From assembly GCA_053919585.1 (NCBI GenBank), contig CM132791.1: 64,000 nt of DNA; one strand, given 5' to 3'. The notes beneath the pieces are model-generated. The model did not search any database. It was not told the DNA's origin and worked only from the letters and a program-made list of their open reading frames with translations. Below, in pieces: positions 39,601 to 56,069 of this stretch; the first letter of the stretch is position 1, and each line of letters starts with the position of its first letter. A program made the position numbers and the translations under genes. The DNA comes from Euprymna scolopes (lineage: Eukaryota).

Positions 39601-42600
39601 CACATGATTATTTATGCAAGAAATTCTTTATAATTCGATATTACACATGATTATTTATGCAAGAAATTCTTTATAATTCGATATTACACATGATTATTCA
39701 TGCAAGAAATTCTTTATAATTCGATATTACACATGATTATTCATGCAAGAAATTCTTTATAATTCGATATTACACATGATTATTCATGCAAGAAATTCTT
39801 TATAATTCGATATTACACATGATTATTTATGCAAGAAATTCTTTATAATTCGATATTACACATGATTATTTATGCAAGAAATTCTTTATAATTCGATATT
39901 ACACATGATTATTTATGCAAGAAATTCTTTATAATTCGATATTACACATGATTATTTATGCAAAAATTCTTTATAATTCGATATTACACATGATTATTTA
40001 TGCAAGAAATTCTTTATAATTCGATATTTAACATGATTATTTATGCAAGAAATTCTTTATAATTCGATATTACACATGATTATTTATGCAAGAAATTCTT
40101 TATAATTCGATATTACACATGATTATTTATGCAAGAAATTCTTTATAATTCGATATTACACATGATTATTTATGCAAGAAATTCTTTATAATTCGATATT
40201 ACACATGATTATTCATGCAAGAAATTCTTTATAATTCGATATTACACATGATTATTCATGCAAGAAATTCTTTATAATTCGATATTACACATGATTATTT
40301 ATGCAAGAAATTCTTTATAATTCGATATTACACATGATTATTTATGCAAGAAATTCTTTATAATTCGATATTACACATGATTATTTATGCAAGAAATTCT
40401 TTATAATTCGATATTACACATGATTATTTATGCAAGAAATTCTTTATAATTCGATATTACACATGATTATTTATGCAAGAAATTCTTTATAATTCGATAT
40501 TACACATGATTATTTATGCAAGAAATTCTTTATAATTCGATATTACACATGATTATTTATGCAAGAAATTCTTTATAATTCGATATTACACATGATTATT
40601 TATGCAAGAAATTCTTTATAATTCGATATTACACATGATTATTTATGCAAGAAATTCTTTATAATTCGATATTACACATGATTATTTATGCAAGAAATTC
40701 TTTATAATTCGATATTACACATGATTATTTATGCAAGAAATTCTTTATAATTCGATATTACACATGATTATTTATGCAAGAAATTCTTTATAATTCGATA
40801 TTACACATGATTATTCATGCAAGAAATTCTTTATAATTCGATATTACACATGATTATTTATGCAAGAAATTCTTTATAATTCGATATTACACATGATTAT
40901 TTATGCAAGAAATTCTTTATAATTCGATATTACACATGATTATTTATGCAAGAAATTCTTTATAATTCGATATTACACATGATTATTTATGCAAGAAACT
41001 CTTTATAATTCGATATTACACATGATTATTTATGCAAGAAATTCTTTATAATTCGATATTACACATGATTATTTATGCAAGAAATTCTTTATAATTCGAT
41101 ATTACACATGATTATTTATGCAAGAAATTCTTTATAATTCGATATTACACATGATTATTTATGCAAGAAATTCTTTATAATTCGATATTACACGTGATTA
41201 TTTATGCAAGAAATTCTTTATAATTCGATATTACACATGATTATTTATGCAAGAAATTCTTTATAATTTTATATTACACATGATTATTTATGCAAGAAAT
41301 TCTTTATAATTCGATATTACACATGATTATTTATGCAAGAAATTCTTTATAATTCGATATTACACATGATTATTTATGCAAGAAATTCTTTATAATTCGA
41401 TATTACACATGATTATTTATGCAAGAAATTCTTTATAATTCGATATTACACATGATTATTTATGCAAGAAATTCTTTATAATTCGATATTACACATGATT
41501 ATTTATGCAAGAAATTCTTTATAATTCGATATTACACATGATTATTTATGCAAGAAATTCTTTATAATTCGATATTACACATGATTATTTATGCAAGAAA
41601 TTCTTTATAATTCGATATTACACATGATTATTCATGCAAGAAATTCTTTATAATTCGATATTACACATGATTATTCATGCAAGAAATTCTTTATAATTCG
41701 ATATTACACATGATTATTCATGCAAGAAATTCTTTATAATTCGATATTACACATGATTATTTATGCAAGAAATTCTTTATAATTCGATATTACACATGAT
41801 TATTTATGCAAGAAATTCTTTATAATTCGATATTACACATGATTATTTATGCAAGAAATTCTTTATAATTCGATATTACACATGATTATTTATGCAAGAA
41901 ATTCTTTATAATTCGATATTACACATGATTATTTATGCAAGAAATTCTTTATAATTCGAAATTACACATGATTATTTATGCAAGAAATTCTTTATAATTC
42001 GATATTACACATGATTATTTATGCAAGAAATTCTTTATAATTCGATATTACACATGATTATTTATGCAAGAAATTCTTTATAATTCGATATTACACATGA
42101 TTATTTATGCAAGAAATTCTTTATAATTCGATATTACACATGATTATTTATGCAAGAAATTCTTTATAATTCGATATTACACATGATTATTTATGCAAGA
42201 AATTCTTTATAATTCGATATTACACATGATTATTCATGCAAGAAATTCTTTATAATTCGATATTACACATGATTATTCATGCAAGAAATTCTTTATAATT
42301 CGATATTACACATGATTATTCATGCAAGAAATTCTTTATAATTCGATATTACACATGATTATTTATGCAAGAAATTCTTTATAATTCGATATTACACATG
42401 ATTATTTATGCAAGAAATTCTTTATAATTCGATATTACACATGATTATTTATGCAAGAAATTCTTTATAATTCGATATTACACATGATTATTTATGCAAG
42501 AAATTCTTTATAATTCGATATTACACATGATTATTTATGCAAGAAATTCTTTATAATTCGATATTACACATGATTATTTATGCAAGAAATTCTTTATAAT

Positions 42601-45600
42601 TCGATATTACACATGATTATTTATGCAAAAATTCTTTATAATTCGATATTACACATGATTATTTATGCAAGAAATTCTTTATAATTCGATATTTAACATG
42701 ATTATTTATGCAAGAAATTCTTTATAATTCGATATTACACATGATTATTTATGCAAGAAATTCTTTATAATTCGATATTACACATGATTATTTATGCAAG
42801 AAATTCTTTATAATTCGATATTACACATGATTATTTATGCAAGAAATTCTTTATAATTCGATATTACACATGATTATTTATGCAAGAAATTCTTTATAAT
42901 TCGATATTACACATGATTATTTATGCAAGAAATTCTTTATAATTCGATATTACACATGATTATTTATGCAAGAAATTCTTTATAATTCGATATTACACAT
43001 GATTATTTATGCAAGAAATTCTTTATAATTCGATATTACACATGATTATTTATGCAAGAAATTCTTTATAATTCGATATTACACATGATTATTTATGCAA
43101 GAAATTCTTTATAAGTCGATATTACACATGATTATTTATGCAAGAAATTCTTTATAATTCGATATTACACATGATTATTTATGCAAGAAATTCTTTATAA
43201 TTCGATATTACACATGATTATTTATGCAAGAAATTCTTTATAATTCGATATTACACATGATTATTTATGCAAGAAATTCTTTATAATTCGATATTACACA
43301 TGATTATTTATGCAAGAAATTCTTTATAATTCGATATTACACATGATTATTTATGCAAGAAATTCTTTATAATTCGATATTACACATGATTATTTATGCA
43401 AGAAATTCTTTATAATTCGATATTACACATGATTATTTATGCAAGAAATTCTTTATAATTCGATATTACACATGATTATTTATGCAAGAAATTCTTTATA
43501 ATTCGATATTACACATGATTATTTATGCAAGAAATTCTTTATAATTCGATATTACACATGATTATTCATGCAAGAAATTCTTTATAATTCGATATTACAC
43601 ATGATTATTCATGCAAGAAATTCTTTATAATTCGATATTACACATGATTATTCATGCAAGAAATTCTTTATAATTCGATATTACACATGATTATTCATGC
43701 AAGAAATTCTTTATAATTCGATATTACACATGATTATTCATGCAAGAAATTCTTTATAATTCGATATTACACATGATTATTTATGCAAGAAATTCTTTAT
43801 AATTCGATATTACACATGATTATTTATGCAAGAAATTCTTTATAATTCGATATTACACATGATTATTTATGCAAGAAATTCTTTATAATTCGATATTACA
43901 CATGATTATTTATGCAAGAAATTCTTTATAATTCGATATTACACATGATTATTTATGCAAGAAATTCTTTATAATTCGATATTACACATGATTATTTATG
44001 CAAGAAATTCTTTATAATTCGATATTACACATGATTATTTATGCAAGAAATTCTTTATAATTCGATATTACACATGATTATTTATGCAAGAAATTCTTTA
44101 TAATTCGATATTACACATGATTATTTATGCAAGAAATTCTTTATAATTCGATATTACACATGATTATTTATGCAAGAAATTCTTTATAATTCGATATTAC
44201 ACATGATTATTTATGCAAGAAATTCTTTATAATTCGATATTACACATGATTATTTATGCAAGAAATTCTTTATAATTCGATATTACACATGATTATTTAT
44301 GCAAGAAATTCTTTATAATTCGATATTACACATGATTATTTATGCAAGAAATTCTTTATAATTCGATATTACACATGATTATTTATGCAAGAAATTCTTT
44401 ATAATTCGATATTACACATGATTATTTATGCAAGAAATTCTTTATAATTCGATATTACACATGATTATTCATGCAAGAAATTCTTTATAATTCGATATTA
44501 CACATGATTATTTATGCAAGAAATTCTTTATAATTCGATATTACACATGATTATTCATGCAAGAAATTCTTTATAATTCGATATTACACATGATTATTCA
44601 TGCAAGAAATTCTTTATAATTCGATATTACACATGATTATTCATGCAAGAAATTCTTTATAATTCGATATTACACATGATTATTCATGCAAGAAATTCTT
44701 TATAATTCGATATTACACATGATTATTTATGCAAGAAATTCTTTATAATTCGATATTACACATGATTATTTATGCAAGAAATTCTTTATAATTCGATATT
44801 ACACATGATTATTTATGCAAGAAATTCTTTATAATTCGATATTACACATGATTATTTATGCAAGAAATTCTTTATAATTCGATATTACACATGATTATTT
44901 ATGCAAGAAATTCTTTATAATTCGATATTACACATGATTATTTATGCAAGAAATTCTTTATAATTCGATATTTAACATGATTATTTATGCAAGAAATTCT
45001 TTATAATTCGATATTTAACATGATTATTTATGCAAGAAATTCTTTATAATTCGATATTACACATGATTATTTATGCAAGAAATTCTTTATAATTCGATAT
45101 TACACATGATTATTTATGCAAGAAATTCTTTATAATTCGATATTACACATGATTATTTATGCAAGAAATTCTTTATAATTCGATATTACACATGATTATT
45201 TATGCAAGAAATTCTTTATAATTCGATATTACACATGATTATTTATGCAAGAAATTCTTTATAATTCGATATTACACATGATTATTTATGCAAGAAATTC
45301 TTTATAATTCGATATTACACATGATTATTTATGCAAGAAATTCTTTATAATTCGATATTACACATGATTATTTATGCAAGAAATTCTTTATAATTCGATA
45401 TTACACATGATTATTTATGCAAGAAATTCTTTATAATTCGATATTACACATGATTATTTATGCAAGAAATTCTTTATAATTCGATATTACACATGATTAT
45501 TCATGCAAGAAATTCTTTATAATTCGATATTACACATGATTATTCATGCAAGAAATTCTTTATAATTCGATATTACACATGATTATTTATGCAAGAAATT

Positions 45601-48600
45601 CTTTATAATTCGATATTACACATGATTATTTATGCAAGAAATTCTTTATAATTCGATATTACACATGATTATTTATGCAAGAAATTCTTTATAATTCGAT
45701 ATTACACATGATTATTTATGCAAGAAATTCTTTATAATTCGATATTACACATGATTATTCATGCAAGAAATTCTTTATAATTCGATATTACACATGATTA
45801 TTCATGCAAGAAATTCTTTATAATTCGATATTACACATGATTATTCATGCAAGAAATTCTTTATAATTCGATATTACACATGATTATTCATGCAAGAAAT
45901 TCTTTATAATTCGATATTACACATGATTATTCATGCAAGAAATTCTTTATAATTCGATATTACACATGATTATTTATGCAAGAAATTCTTTATAATTCGA
46001 TATTACACATGATTATTTATGCAAGAAATTCTTTATAATTCGATATTACACATGATTATTTATGCAAGAAATTCTTTATAATTCGATATTACACATGATT
46101 ATTTATGCAAGAAATTCTTTATAATTCGATATTACACATGATTATTTATGCAAGAAATTCTTTATAATTCGATATTACACATGATTATTTATGCAAGAAA
46201 TTCTTTATAATTCGATATTACACATGATTATTTATGCAAGAAATTCTTTATAATTCGATATTACACATGATTATTTATGCAAGAAATTCTTTATAATTCG
46301 ATATTACACATGATTATTTATGCAAGAAATTCTTTATAATTCGATATTACACATGATTATTTATGCAAGAAATTCTTTATAATTCGATATTACACATGAT
46401 TATTTATGCAAGAAATTCTTTATAATTCGATATTACACATGATTATTTATGCAAGAAATTCTTTATAATTCGATATTACACATGATTATTTATGCAAGAA
46501 ATTCTTTATAATTCGATATTACACATGATTATTTATGCAAGAAATTCTTTATAATTCGATATTACACATGATTATTTATGCAAGAAATTCTTTATAATTC
46601 GATATTACACATGATTATTTATGCAAGAAATTCTTTATAATTCGATATTACACATGATTATTCATGCAAGAAATTCTTTATAATTCGATATTACACATGA
46701 TTATTTATGCAAGAAATTCTTTATAATTCGATATTACACATGATTATTCATGCAAGAAATTCTTTATAATTCGATATTACACATGATTATTCATGCAAGA
46801 AATTCTTTATAATTCGATATTACACATGATTATTCATGCAAGAAATTCTTTATAATTCGATATTACACATGATTATTCATGCAAGAAATTCTTTATAATT
46901 CGATATTACACATGATTATTTATGCAAGAAATTCTTTATAATTCGATATTACACATGATTATTTATGCAAGAAATTCTTTATAATTCGATATTACACATG
47001 ATTATTTATGCAAGAAATTCTTTATAATTCGATATTACACATGATTATTTATGCAAGAAATTCTTTATAATTCGATATTACACATGATTATTTATGCAAG
47101 AAATTCTTTATAATTCGATATTACACATGATTATTTATGCAAGAAATTCTTTATAATTCGATATTTAACATGATTATTTATGCAAGAAATTCTTTATAAT
47201 TCGATATTTACACATGATTATTTATGCAAGAAATTCTTTATAATTCGATATTACACATGATTATTTATGCAAGAAATTCTTTATAATTCGATATTACACA
47301 TGATTATTTATGCAAGAAATTCTTTATAATTCGATATTACACATGATTATTTATGCAAGAAATTCTTTATAATTCGATATTACACATGATTATTTATGCA
47401 AGAAATTCTTTATAATTCGATATTACACATGATTATTTATGCAAGAAATTCTTTATAATTCGATATTACACATGATTATTTATGCAAGAAATTCTTTATA
47501 ATTCGATATTACACATGATTATTTATGCAAGAAATTCTTTATAATTCGATATTACACATGATTATTCATGCAAGAAATTCTTTATAATTCCAAGAAATTC
47601 TTTATAATTCGATATTACACATGATTATTTATGCAAGAAATTCTTTATAATTCGATATTACACATGATTATTTATGCAAGAAATTCTTTATAATTCGATA
47701 TTACACATGATTATTTATGCAAGAAATTCTTTATAATTCGATATTACACATGATTATTTATGCAAGAAATTCTTTATAATTCGATATTACACATGATTAT
47801 TTATGCAAGAAATTCTTTATAATTCGATATTACACATGATTATTTATGCAAGAAATTCTTTATAATTCGATATTACACATGATTATTTATGCAAGAAATT
47901 CTTTATAATTCGATATTACACATGATTATTTATGCAAGAAATTCTTTATAATTCGATATTACACATGATTATTTATGCAAGAAATTCTTTATAATTCGAT
48001 ATTACACATGATTATTTATGCAAGAAATTCTTTATAATTCGATATTACACATGATTATTCATGCAAGAAATTCTTTATAATTCGATATTACACATGATTA
48101 TTATGCAAGAAATTCTTTATAATTCGATATTACACATGATTATTTATGCAAGAAATTCTTTATAATTCGATATTACACATGATTATTTATGCAAGAAATT
48201 CTTTATAATTCGATATTACACATGATTATTTATGCAAGAAATTCTTTATAATTCGATATTACACATGATTATTTATGCAAGAAATTCTTTATAATTCGAT
48301 ATTACACATGATTATTTATGCAAGAAATTCTTTATAATTCGATATTACACATGATTATTTATGCAAGAAATTCTTTATAATTCGATATTACACATGATTA
48401 TTTATGCAAGAAATTCTTTATAATTCGATATTACACATGATTATTTATGCAAGAAATTCTTTATAATTCGATATTACACATGATTATTTATGCAAGAAAT
48501 TCTTTATAATTCGATATTACACATGATTATTTATGCAAGAAATTCTTTATAATTCGATATTACACATGATTATTTATGCAAGAAATTCTTTATAATTCGA

Positions 48601-51600
48601 TATTACACATGATTATTTATGCAAGAAATTTTATAATTATTATCAAGAAATTCTTTATATTCAGATATTACACAACTGATTATTTATGCAAGAAATTCTT
48701 TATAATTCGATATTACACATGATTATTTATGCAAGAAATTCTTTATAATTCGATATTACACATGATTATTTATGCAAGAAATTCTTTATAATTCGATATT
48801 ACACATGATTATTTATGCAAGAAATTCTTTATAATTCGATATTACACATGATTATTTATGCAAGAAATTCTTTATAATTCGATATTACACATGATTATTT
48901 ATGCAAGAAATTCTTTATAATTCGATATTACACATGATTATTTATGCAAGAAATTCTTTATAATTCGATATTACACATGATTATTTATGCAAGAAATTCT
49001 TTATAATTCGATATTACACATGATTATTTATGCAAGAAATTCTTTATAATTCGATATTACACATGATTATTTATGCAAGAAATTCTTTATAATTCGATAT
49101 TACACATGATTATTTATGCAAGAAATTCTTTATAATTCGATATTACACATGATTATTCATGCAAGAAATTCTTTATAATTCGATATTACACATGATTATT
49201 CATGCAAGAAATTCTTTATAATTCGATATTACACATGATTATTTATGCAAGAAATTCTTTATAATTCGATATTACACATGATTATTTATGCAAGAAATTC
49301 TTTATAATTCGATATTACACATGATTATTTATGCAAGAAATTCTTTATAATTCGATATTACACATGATTATTTATGCAAGAAATTCTTTATAATTCGATA
49401 TTACACATGATTATTTATGCAAGAAATTCTTTATAATTCGATATTACACATGATTATTTATGCAAGAAATTCTTTATAATTCGATATTACACATGATTAT
49501 TTATGCAAGAAATTCTTTATAATTCGATATTACACATGATTATTTATGCAAGAAATTCTTTATAATTCGATATTACACATGATTATTTATGCAAGAAATT
49601 CTTTATAATTCGATATTACACATGATTATTTATGCAAGAAATTCTTTATAATTCGATATTACACATGATTATTTATGCAAGAAATTCTTTATAATTCGAT
49701 ATTACACATGATTATTTATGCAAGAAATTCTTTATAATTCGATATTACACATGATTATTTATGCAAGAAATTCTTTATAATTCGATATTACACATGATTA
49801 TTTATGCAAGAAATTCTTTATAATTCGATATTACACATGATTATTTATGCAAGAAATTCTTTATAATTCGATATTACACATGATTATTTATGCAAGAAAT
49901 TCTTTATAATTCGATATTACACATGATTATTTATGCAAGAAATTCTTTATAATTCGATATTACACATGATTATTTATGCAAGAAATTCTTTATAATTCGA
50001 TATTACACATGATTATTTATGCAAGAAATTCTTTATAATTCGATATTACACATGATTATTTATGCAAGAAATTCTTTATAATTCGATATTACACATGATT
50101 ATTTATGCAAGAAATTCTTTATAATTCGATATTACACATGATTATTTATGCAAGAAATTCTTTATAATTCGATATTACACATGATTATTTATGCAAGAAA
50201 TTCTTTATAATTCGATATTACACATGATTATTTATGCAAGAAATTCTTTATAATTCGATATTACACATGATTATTTATGCAAGAAATTCTTTATAATTCG
50301 ATATTACACATGATTATTTATGCAAGAAATTCTTTATAATTCGATATTACACATGATTATTTATGCAAGAAATTCTTTATAATTCGATATTACACATGAT
50401 TATTTATGCAAGAAATTCTTTATAATTCGATATTACACATGATTATTTATGCAAGAAATTCTTTATAATTCGATATTACACATGATTATTTATGCAAGAA
50501 ATTCTTTATAATTCGATATTACACATGATTATTTATGCAAGAAATTCTTTATAATTCGATATTACACATGATTATTTATGCAAGAAATTCTTTATAATTC
50601 GATATTACACATGATTATTTATGCAAGAAATTCTTTATAATTCGATATTACACATGATTATTTATGCAAGAAATTCTTTATAATTCGATATTACACATGA
50701 TTATTTATGCAAGAAATTCTTTATAATTCGATATTACACATGATTATTTATGCAAGAAATTCTTTATAATTCGATATTACACATGATTATTTATGCAAGA
50801 AATTCTTTATAATTCGATATTACACATGATTATTTATGCAAGAAATTCTTTATAATTCGATATTACACATGATTATTTATGCAAGAAATTCTTTATAATT
50901 CGATATTACACATGATTATTTATGCAAGAAATTCTTTATAATTCGATATTACACATGATTATTTATGCAAGAAATTCTTTATAATTCGATATTACACATG
51001 ATTATTTATGCAAGAAATTCTTTATAATTCGATATTACACATGATTATTTATGCAAGAAATTCTTTATAATTCGATATTACACATGATTATTTATGCAAG
51101 AAATTCTTTATAATTCGATATTACACATGATTATTTATGCAAGAAATTCTTTATAATTCGATATTACACATGATTATTTATGCAAGAAATTCTTTATAAT
51201 TCGATATTACACATGATTATTTATGCAAGAAATTCTTTATAATTCGATATTACACATGATTATTTATGCAAGAAATTCTTTATAATTCGATATTACACAT
51301 GATTATTTATGCAAGAAATTCTTTATAATTCGATATTACACATGATTATTTATGCAAGAAATTCTTTATAATTCGATATTACACATGATTATTTATGCAA
51401 GAAATTCTTTATAATTCGATATTACACATGATTATTTATGCAAGAAATTCTTTATAATTCGATATTACACATGATTATTTATGCAAGAAATTCTTTATAA
51501 TTCGATATTACACATGATTATTTATGCAAGAAATTCTTTATAATTCGATATTACACATGATTATTTATGCAAGAAATTCTTTATAATTCGATATTACACA

Positions 51601-54600
51601 TGATTATTTATGCAAGAAATTCTTTATAATTCGATATTACACATGATTATTTATGCAAGAAATTCTTTATAATTCGATATTACACATGATTATTTATGCA
51701 AGAAATTCTTTATAATTCGATATTACACATGATTATTTATGCAAGAAATTCTTTATAATTCGATATTACACATGATTATTTATGCAAGAAATTCTTTATA
51801 ATTCGATATTACACATGATTATTTATGCAAGAAATTCTTTATAATTCGATATTACACATGATTATTTATGCAAGAAATTCTTTATAATTCGATATTACAC
51901 ATGATTATTTATGCAAGAAATTCTTTATAATTCGATATTACACATGATTATTTATGCAAGAAATTCTTTATAATTCGATATTACACATGATTATTTATGC
52001 AAGAAATTCTTTATAATTCGATATTACACATGATTATTTATGCAAGAAATTCTTTATAATTCGATATTACACATGATTATTTATGCAAGAAATTCTTTAT
52101 AATTCGATATTACACATGATTATTTATGCAAGAAATTCTTTATAATTCGATATTACACATGATTATTTATGCAAGAAATTCTTTATAATTCGATATTACA
52201 CATGATTATTTATGCAAGAAATTCTTTATAATTCGATATTACACATGATTATTTATGCAAGAAATTCTTTATAATTCGATATTACACATGATTATTTATG
52301 CAAGAAATTCTTTATAATTCGATATTACACATGATTATTTATGCAAGAAATTCTTTATAATTCGATATTACACATGATTATTTATGCAAGAAATTCTTTA
52401 TAATTCGATATTACACATGATTATTTATGCAAGAAATTCTTTATAATTCGATATTACACATGATTATTTATGCAAGAAATTCTTTATAATTCGATATTAC
52501 ACATGATTATTTATGCAAGAAATTCTTTATAATTCGATATTACACATGATTATTTATGCAAGAAATTCTTTATAATTCGATATTACACATGATTATTTAT
52601 GCAAGAAATTCTTTATAATTCGATATTACACATGATTATTTATGCAAGAAATTCTTTATAATTCGATATTACACATGATTATTTATGCAAGAAATTCTTT
52701 ATAATTCGATATTACACATGATTATTTATGCAAGAAATTCTTTATAATTCGATATTACACATGATTATTTATGCAAGAAATTCTTTATAATTCGATATTA
52801 CACATGATTATTTATGCAAGAAATTCTTTATAATTCGATATTACACATGATTATTTATGCAAGAAATTCTTTATAATTCGATATTACACATGATTATTTA
52901 TGCAAGAAATTCTTTATAATTCGATATTACACATGATTATTTATGCAAGAAATTCTTTATAATTCGATATTACACATGATTATTTATGCAAGAAATTCTT
53001 TATAATTCGATATTACACATGATTATTTATGCAAGAAATTCTTTATAATTCGATATTACACATGATTATTTATGCAAGAAATTCTTTATAATTCGATATT
53101 ACACATGATTATTTATGCAAGAAATTCTTTATAATTCGATATTACACATGATTATTTATGCAAGAAATTCTTTATAATTCGATATTACACATGATTATTT
53201 ATGCAAGAAATTCTTTATAATTCGATATTACACATGATTATTTATGCAAGAAATTCTTTATAATTCGATATTACACATGATTATTTATGCAAGAAATTCT
53301 TTATAATTCGATATTACACATGATTATTTATGCAAGAAATTCTTTATAATTCGATATTACACATGATTATTTATGCAAGAAATTCTTTATAATTCGATAT
53401 TACACATGATTATTTATGCAAGAAATTCTTTATAATTCGATATTACACATGATTATTTATGCAAGAAATTCTTTATAATTCGATATTACACATGATTATT
53501 TATGCAAGAAATTCTTTATAATTCGATATTACACATGATTATTTATGCAAGAAATTCTTTATAATTCGATATTACACATGATTATTTATGCAAGAAATTC
53601 TTTATAATTCGATATTACACATGATTATTTATGCAAGAAATTCTTTATAATTCGATATTACACATGATTATTTATGCAAGAAATTCTTTATAATTCGATA
53701 TTACACATGATTATTTATGCAAGAAATTCTTTATAATTCGATATTACACATGATTATTTATGCAAGAAATTCTTTATAATTCGATATTACACATGATTAT
53801 TTATGCAAGAAATTCTTTATAATTCGATATTACACATGATTATTTATGCAAGAAATTCTTTATAATTCGATATTACACATGATTATTTATGCAAGAAATT
53901 CTTTATAATTCGATATTACACATGATTATTTATGCAAGAAATTCTTTATAATTCGATATTACACATGATTATTTATGCAAGAAATTCTTTATAATTCGAT
54001 ATTACACATGATTATTTATGCAAGAAATTCTTTATAATTCGATATTACACATGATTATTTATGCAAGAAATTCTTTATAATTCGATATTACACATGATTA
54101 TTTATGCAAGAAATTCTTTATAATTCGATATTACACATGATTATTTATGCAAGAAATTCTTTATAATTCGATATTACACATGATTATTTATGCAAGAAAT
54201 TCTTTATAATTCGATATTACACATGATTATTTATGCAAGAAATTCTTTATAATTCGATATTACACATGATTATTTATGCAAGAAATTCTTTATAATTCGA
54301 TATTACACATGATTATTTATGCAAGAAATTCTTTATAATTCGATATTACACATGATTATTTATGCAAGAAATTCTTTATAATTCGATATTACACATGATT
54401 ATTTATGCAAGAAATTCTTTATAATTCGATATTACACATGATTATTTATGCAAGAAATTCTTTATAATTCGATATTACACATGATTATTTATGCAAGAAA
54501 TTCTTTATAATTCGATATTACACATGATTATTTATGCAAGAAATTCTTTATAATTCGATATTACACATGATTATTTATGCAAGAAATTCTTTATAATTCG

Positions 54601-55062
54601 ATATTACACATGATTATTTATGCAAGAAATTCTTTATAATTCGATATTACACATGATTATTTATGCAAGAAATTCTTTATAATTCGATATTACACATGAT
54701 TATTTATGCAAGAAATTCTTTATAATTCGATATTACACATGATTATTTATGCAAGAAATTCTTTATAATTCGATATTACACATGATTATTTATGCAAGAA
54801 ATTCTTTATAATTCGATATTACACATGATTATTTATGCAAGAAATTCTTTATAATTCGATATTACACATGATTATTTATGCAAGAAATTCTTTATAATTC
54901 GATATTACACATGATTATTTATGCAAGAAATTCTTTATAATTCGATATTACACATGATTATTTATGCAAGAAATTCTTTATAATTTGATATTACACATGA
55001 TTATTTATGCAAGAAATTCTTTATAATTCGATATTACACATGATTATTTATGCAAGAAATTC
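27671..55062. repeat. 43-bp satellite array, ~637 copies, 27.4 kb
   Basis: Unit TTCTTTATAATTCGATATTACACATGATTATTTATGCAAGAAA; no spacers, no ORFs. Confidence 0.99.
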
Positions 55063-55099
55063 AATTGATGTTTTATTAATAATCCTATAGAATATCTCA

Positions 55100-55158
55100 C
55101 AAAAAAAACAAAAAAAACAAAAAAAACAAAAAAAAACAAAAAAAACAAAAAAAAACAA
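55100..55158. repeat. (A8-9C)n simple repeat
   Basis: Direct reading. Confidence 0.9.
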
Positions 55159-55333
55159 AAAAAACAAAAAAAACAAAAGGCTAAACAATAAGCAAAAATG
55201 TCATTAACATAAAGTTTGGTAGAAATAAAGAAAAAGTCATTTCGTATTGTTTTAAATATGGAAACAGTCAACACATGTTCGCCACCAATTTCTATGTGTC
55301 TTATTGTGTCTGTCGGTTTTATTTTTATTTTTA

Positions 55334-55930
55334 TTTTTTTACAAGGAAGTCACCACTTATCAAGGCCCAGAGGCTACTCGGTGATAAGGGTTATTGCGTG
55401 TACAGTAATCAATGGGATAATATTGTAGTAATAGCTAGTAATGGCGATCTGATAAAGTGTCTTACTTAAGGGGGCGGCTCAACAGGAATTTGTTTATGTT
55501 GGACTTGAAGACATCCAAGTTGTAGTCAGGTGGGAAACAGGCAAATGGAAGAGAGTTCTACAGGCGTGCACTTCTAAGAAAAAAGCATTGTTCATGTTTT
55601 GATTTAGGCACAGATAAAGAGTGGGGAAAATTACTGACAGTGGTTTAAGATAGATGGGTGTTTTTCATGAAAGATTGGCGAGGGGGACCAGAGATTTGAG
55701 CCCAGAGGAGAACTTCCCATGGAAATAATGATAAAACAAAGACAGGCTCGCAACGTCCCTTCTGTGGGAGAGAAGTTGTAGGGAAGAGAAAAGGGCATCC
55801 CCCACCAGTCTATGAAGTCTATTTTGTACTCTGTCCAGGCAGTATAGGCTGTTTTTAGCAGCTCCTGCTCAGATATGGCAGCAGTACTCCATCCTTGGAC
55901 GTACTGGGCTTTTATATAGATAGAGTAGAA
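55334..55930 (-). mobile_element. CR1-group LINE 3' fragment with poly(A)
   Basis: YKSPVRPRMEYCCHI remnant; 3' UTR matches 3160-3210 and 7130-7160. Confidence 0.85.
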
Positions 55931-56069
55931 TATCCGCAAGACAGTTAAAGGTAAATTTAATGAGATCTCCACCAATTAACAGAAGTTTTTCACCAAATCA
56001 CATCCTCACATACATAAAATAAAAACATGAATAACTCCGGATAACAACGACACTTGACAAAGAACTCGA

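Noticed and set aside
27671-55062. CRISPR array, coding repeat, telomere or centromere
   Set aside because: No spacers or cas genes; 43 is not a multiple of 3 and stops occur in all frames; not a telomeric motif; centromere function cannot be read from sequence
55216-55469. Possible exon after the polypyrimidine tract at ~55340
   Set aside because: The T-run is the poly(A) tail of a minus-strand CR1 copy
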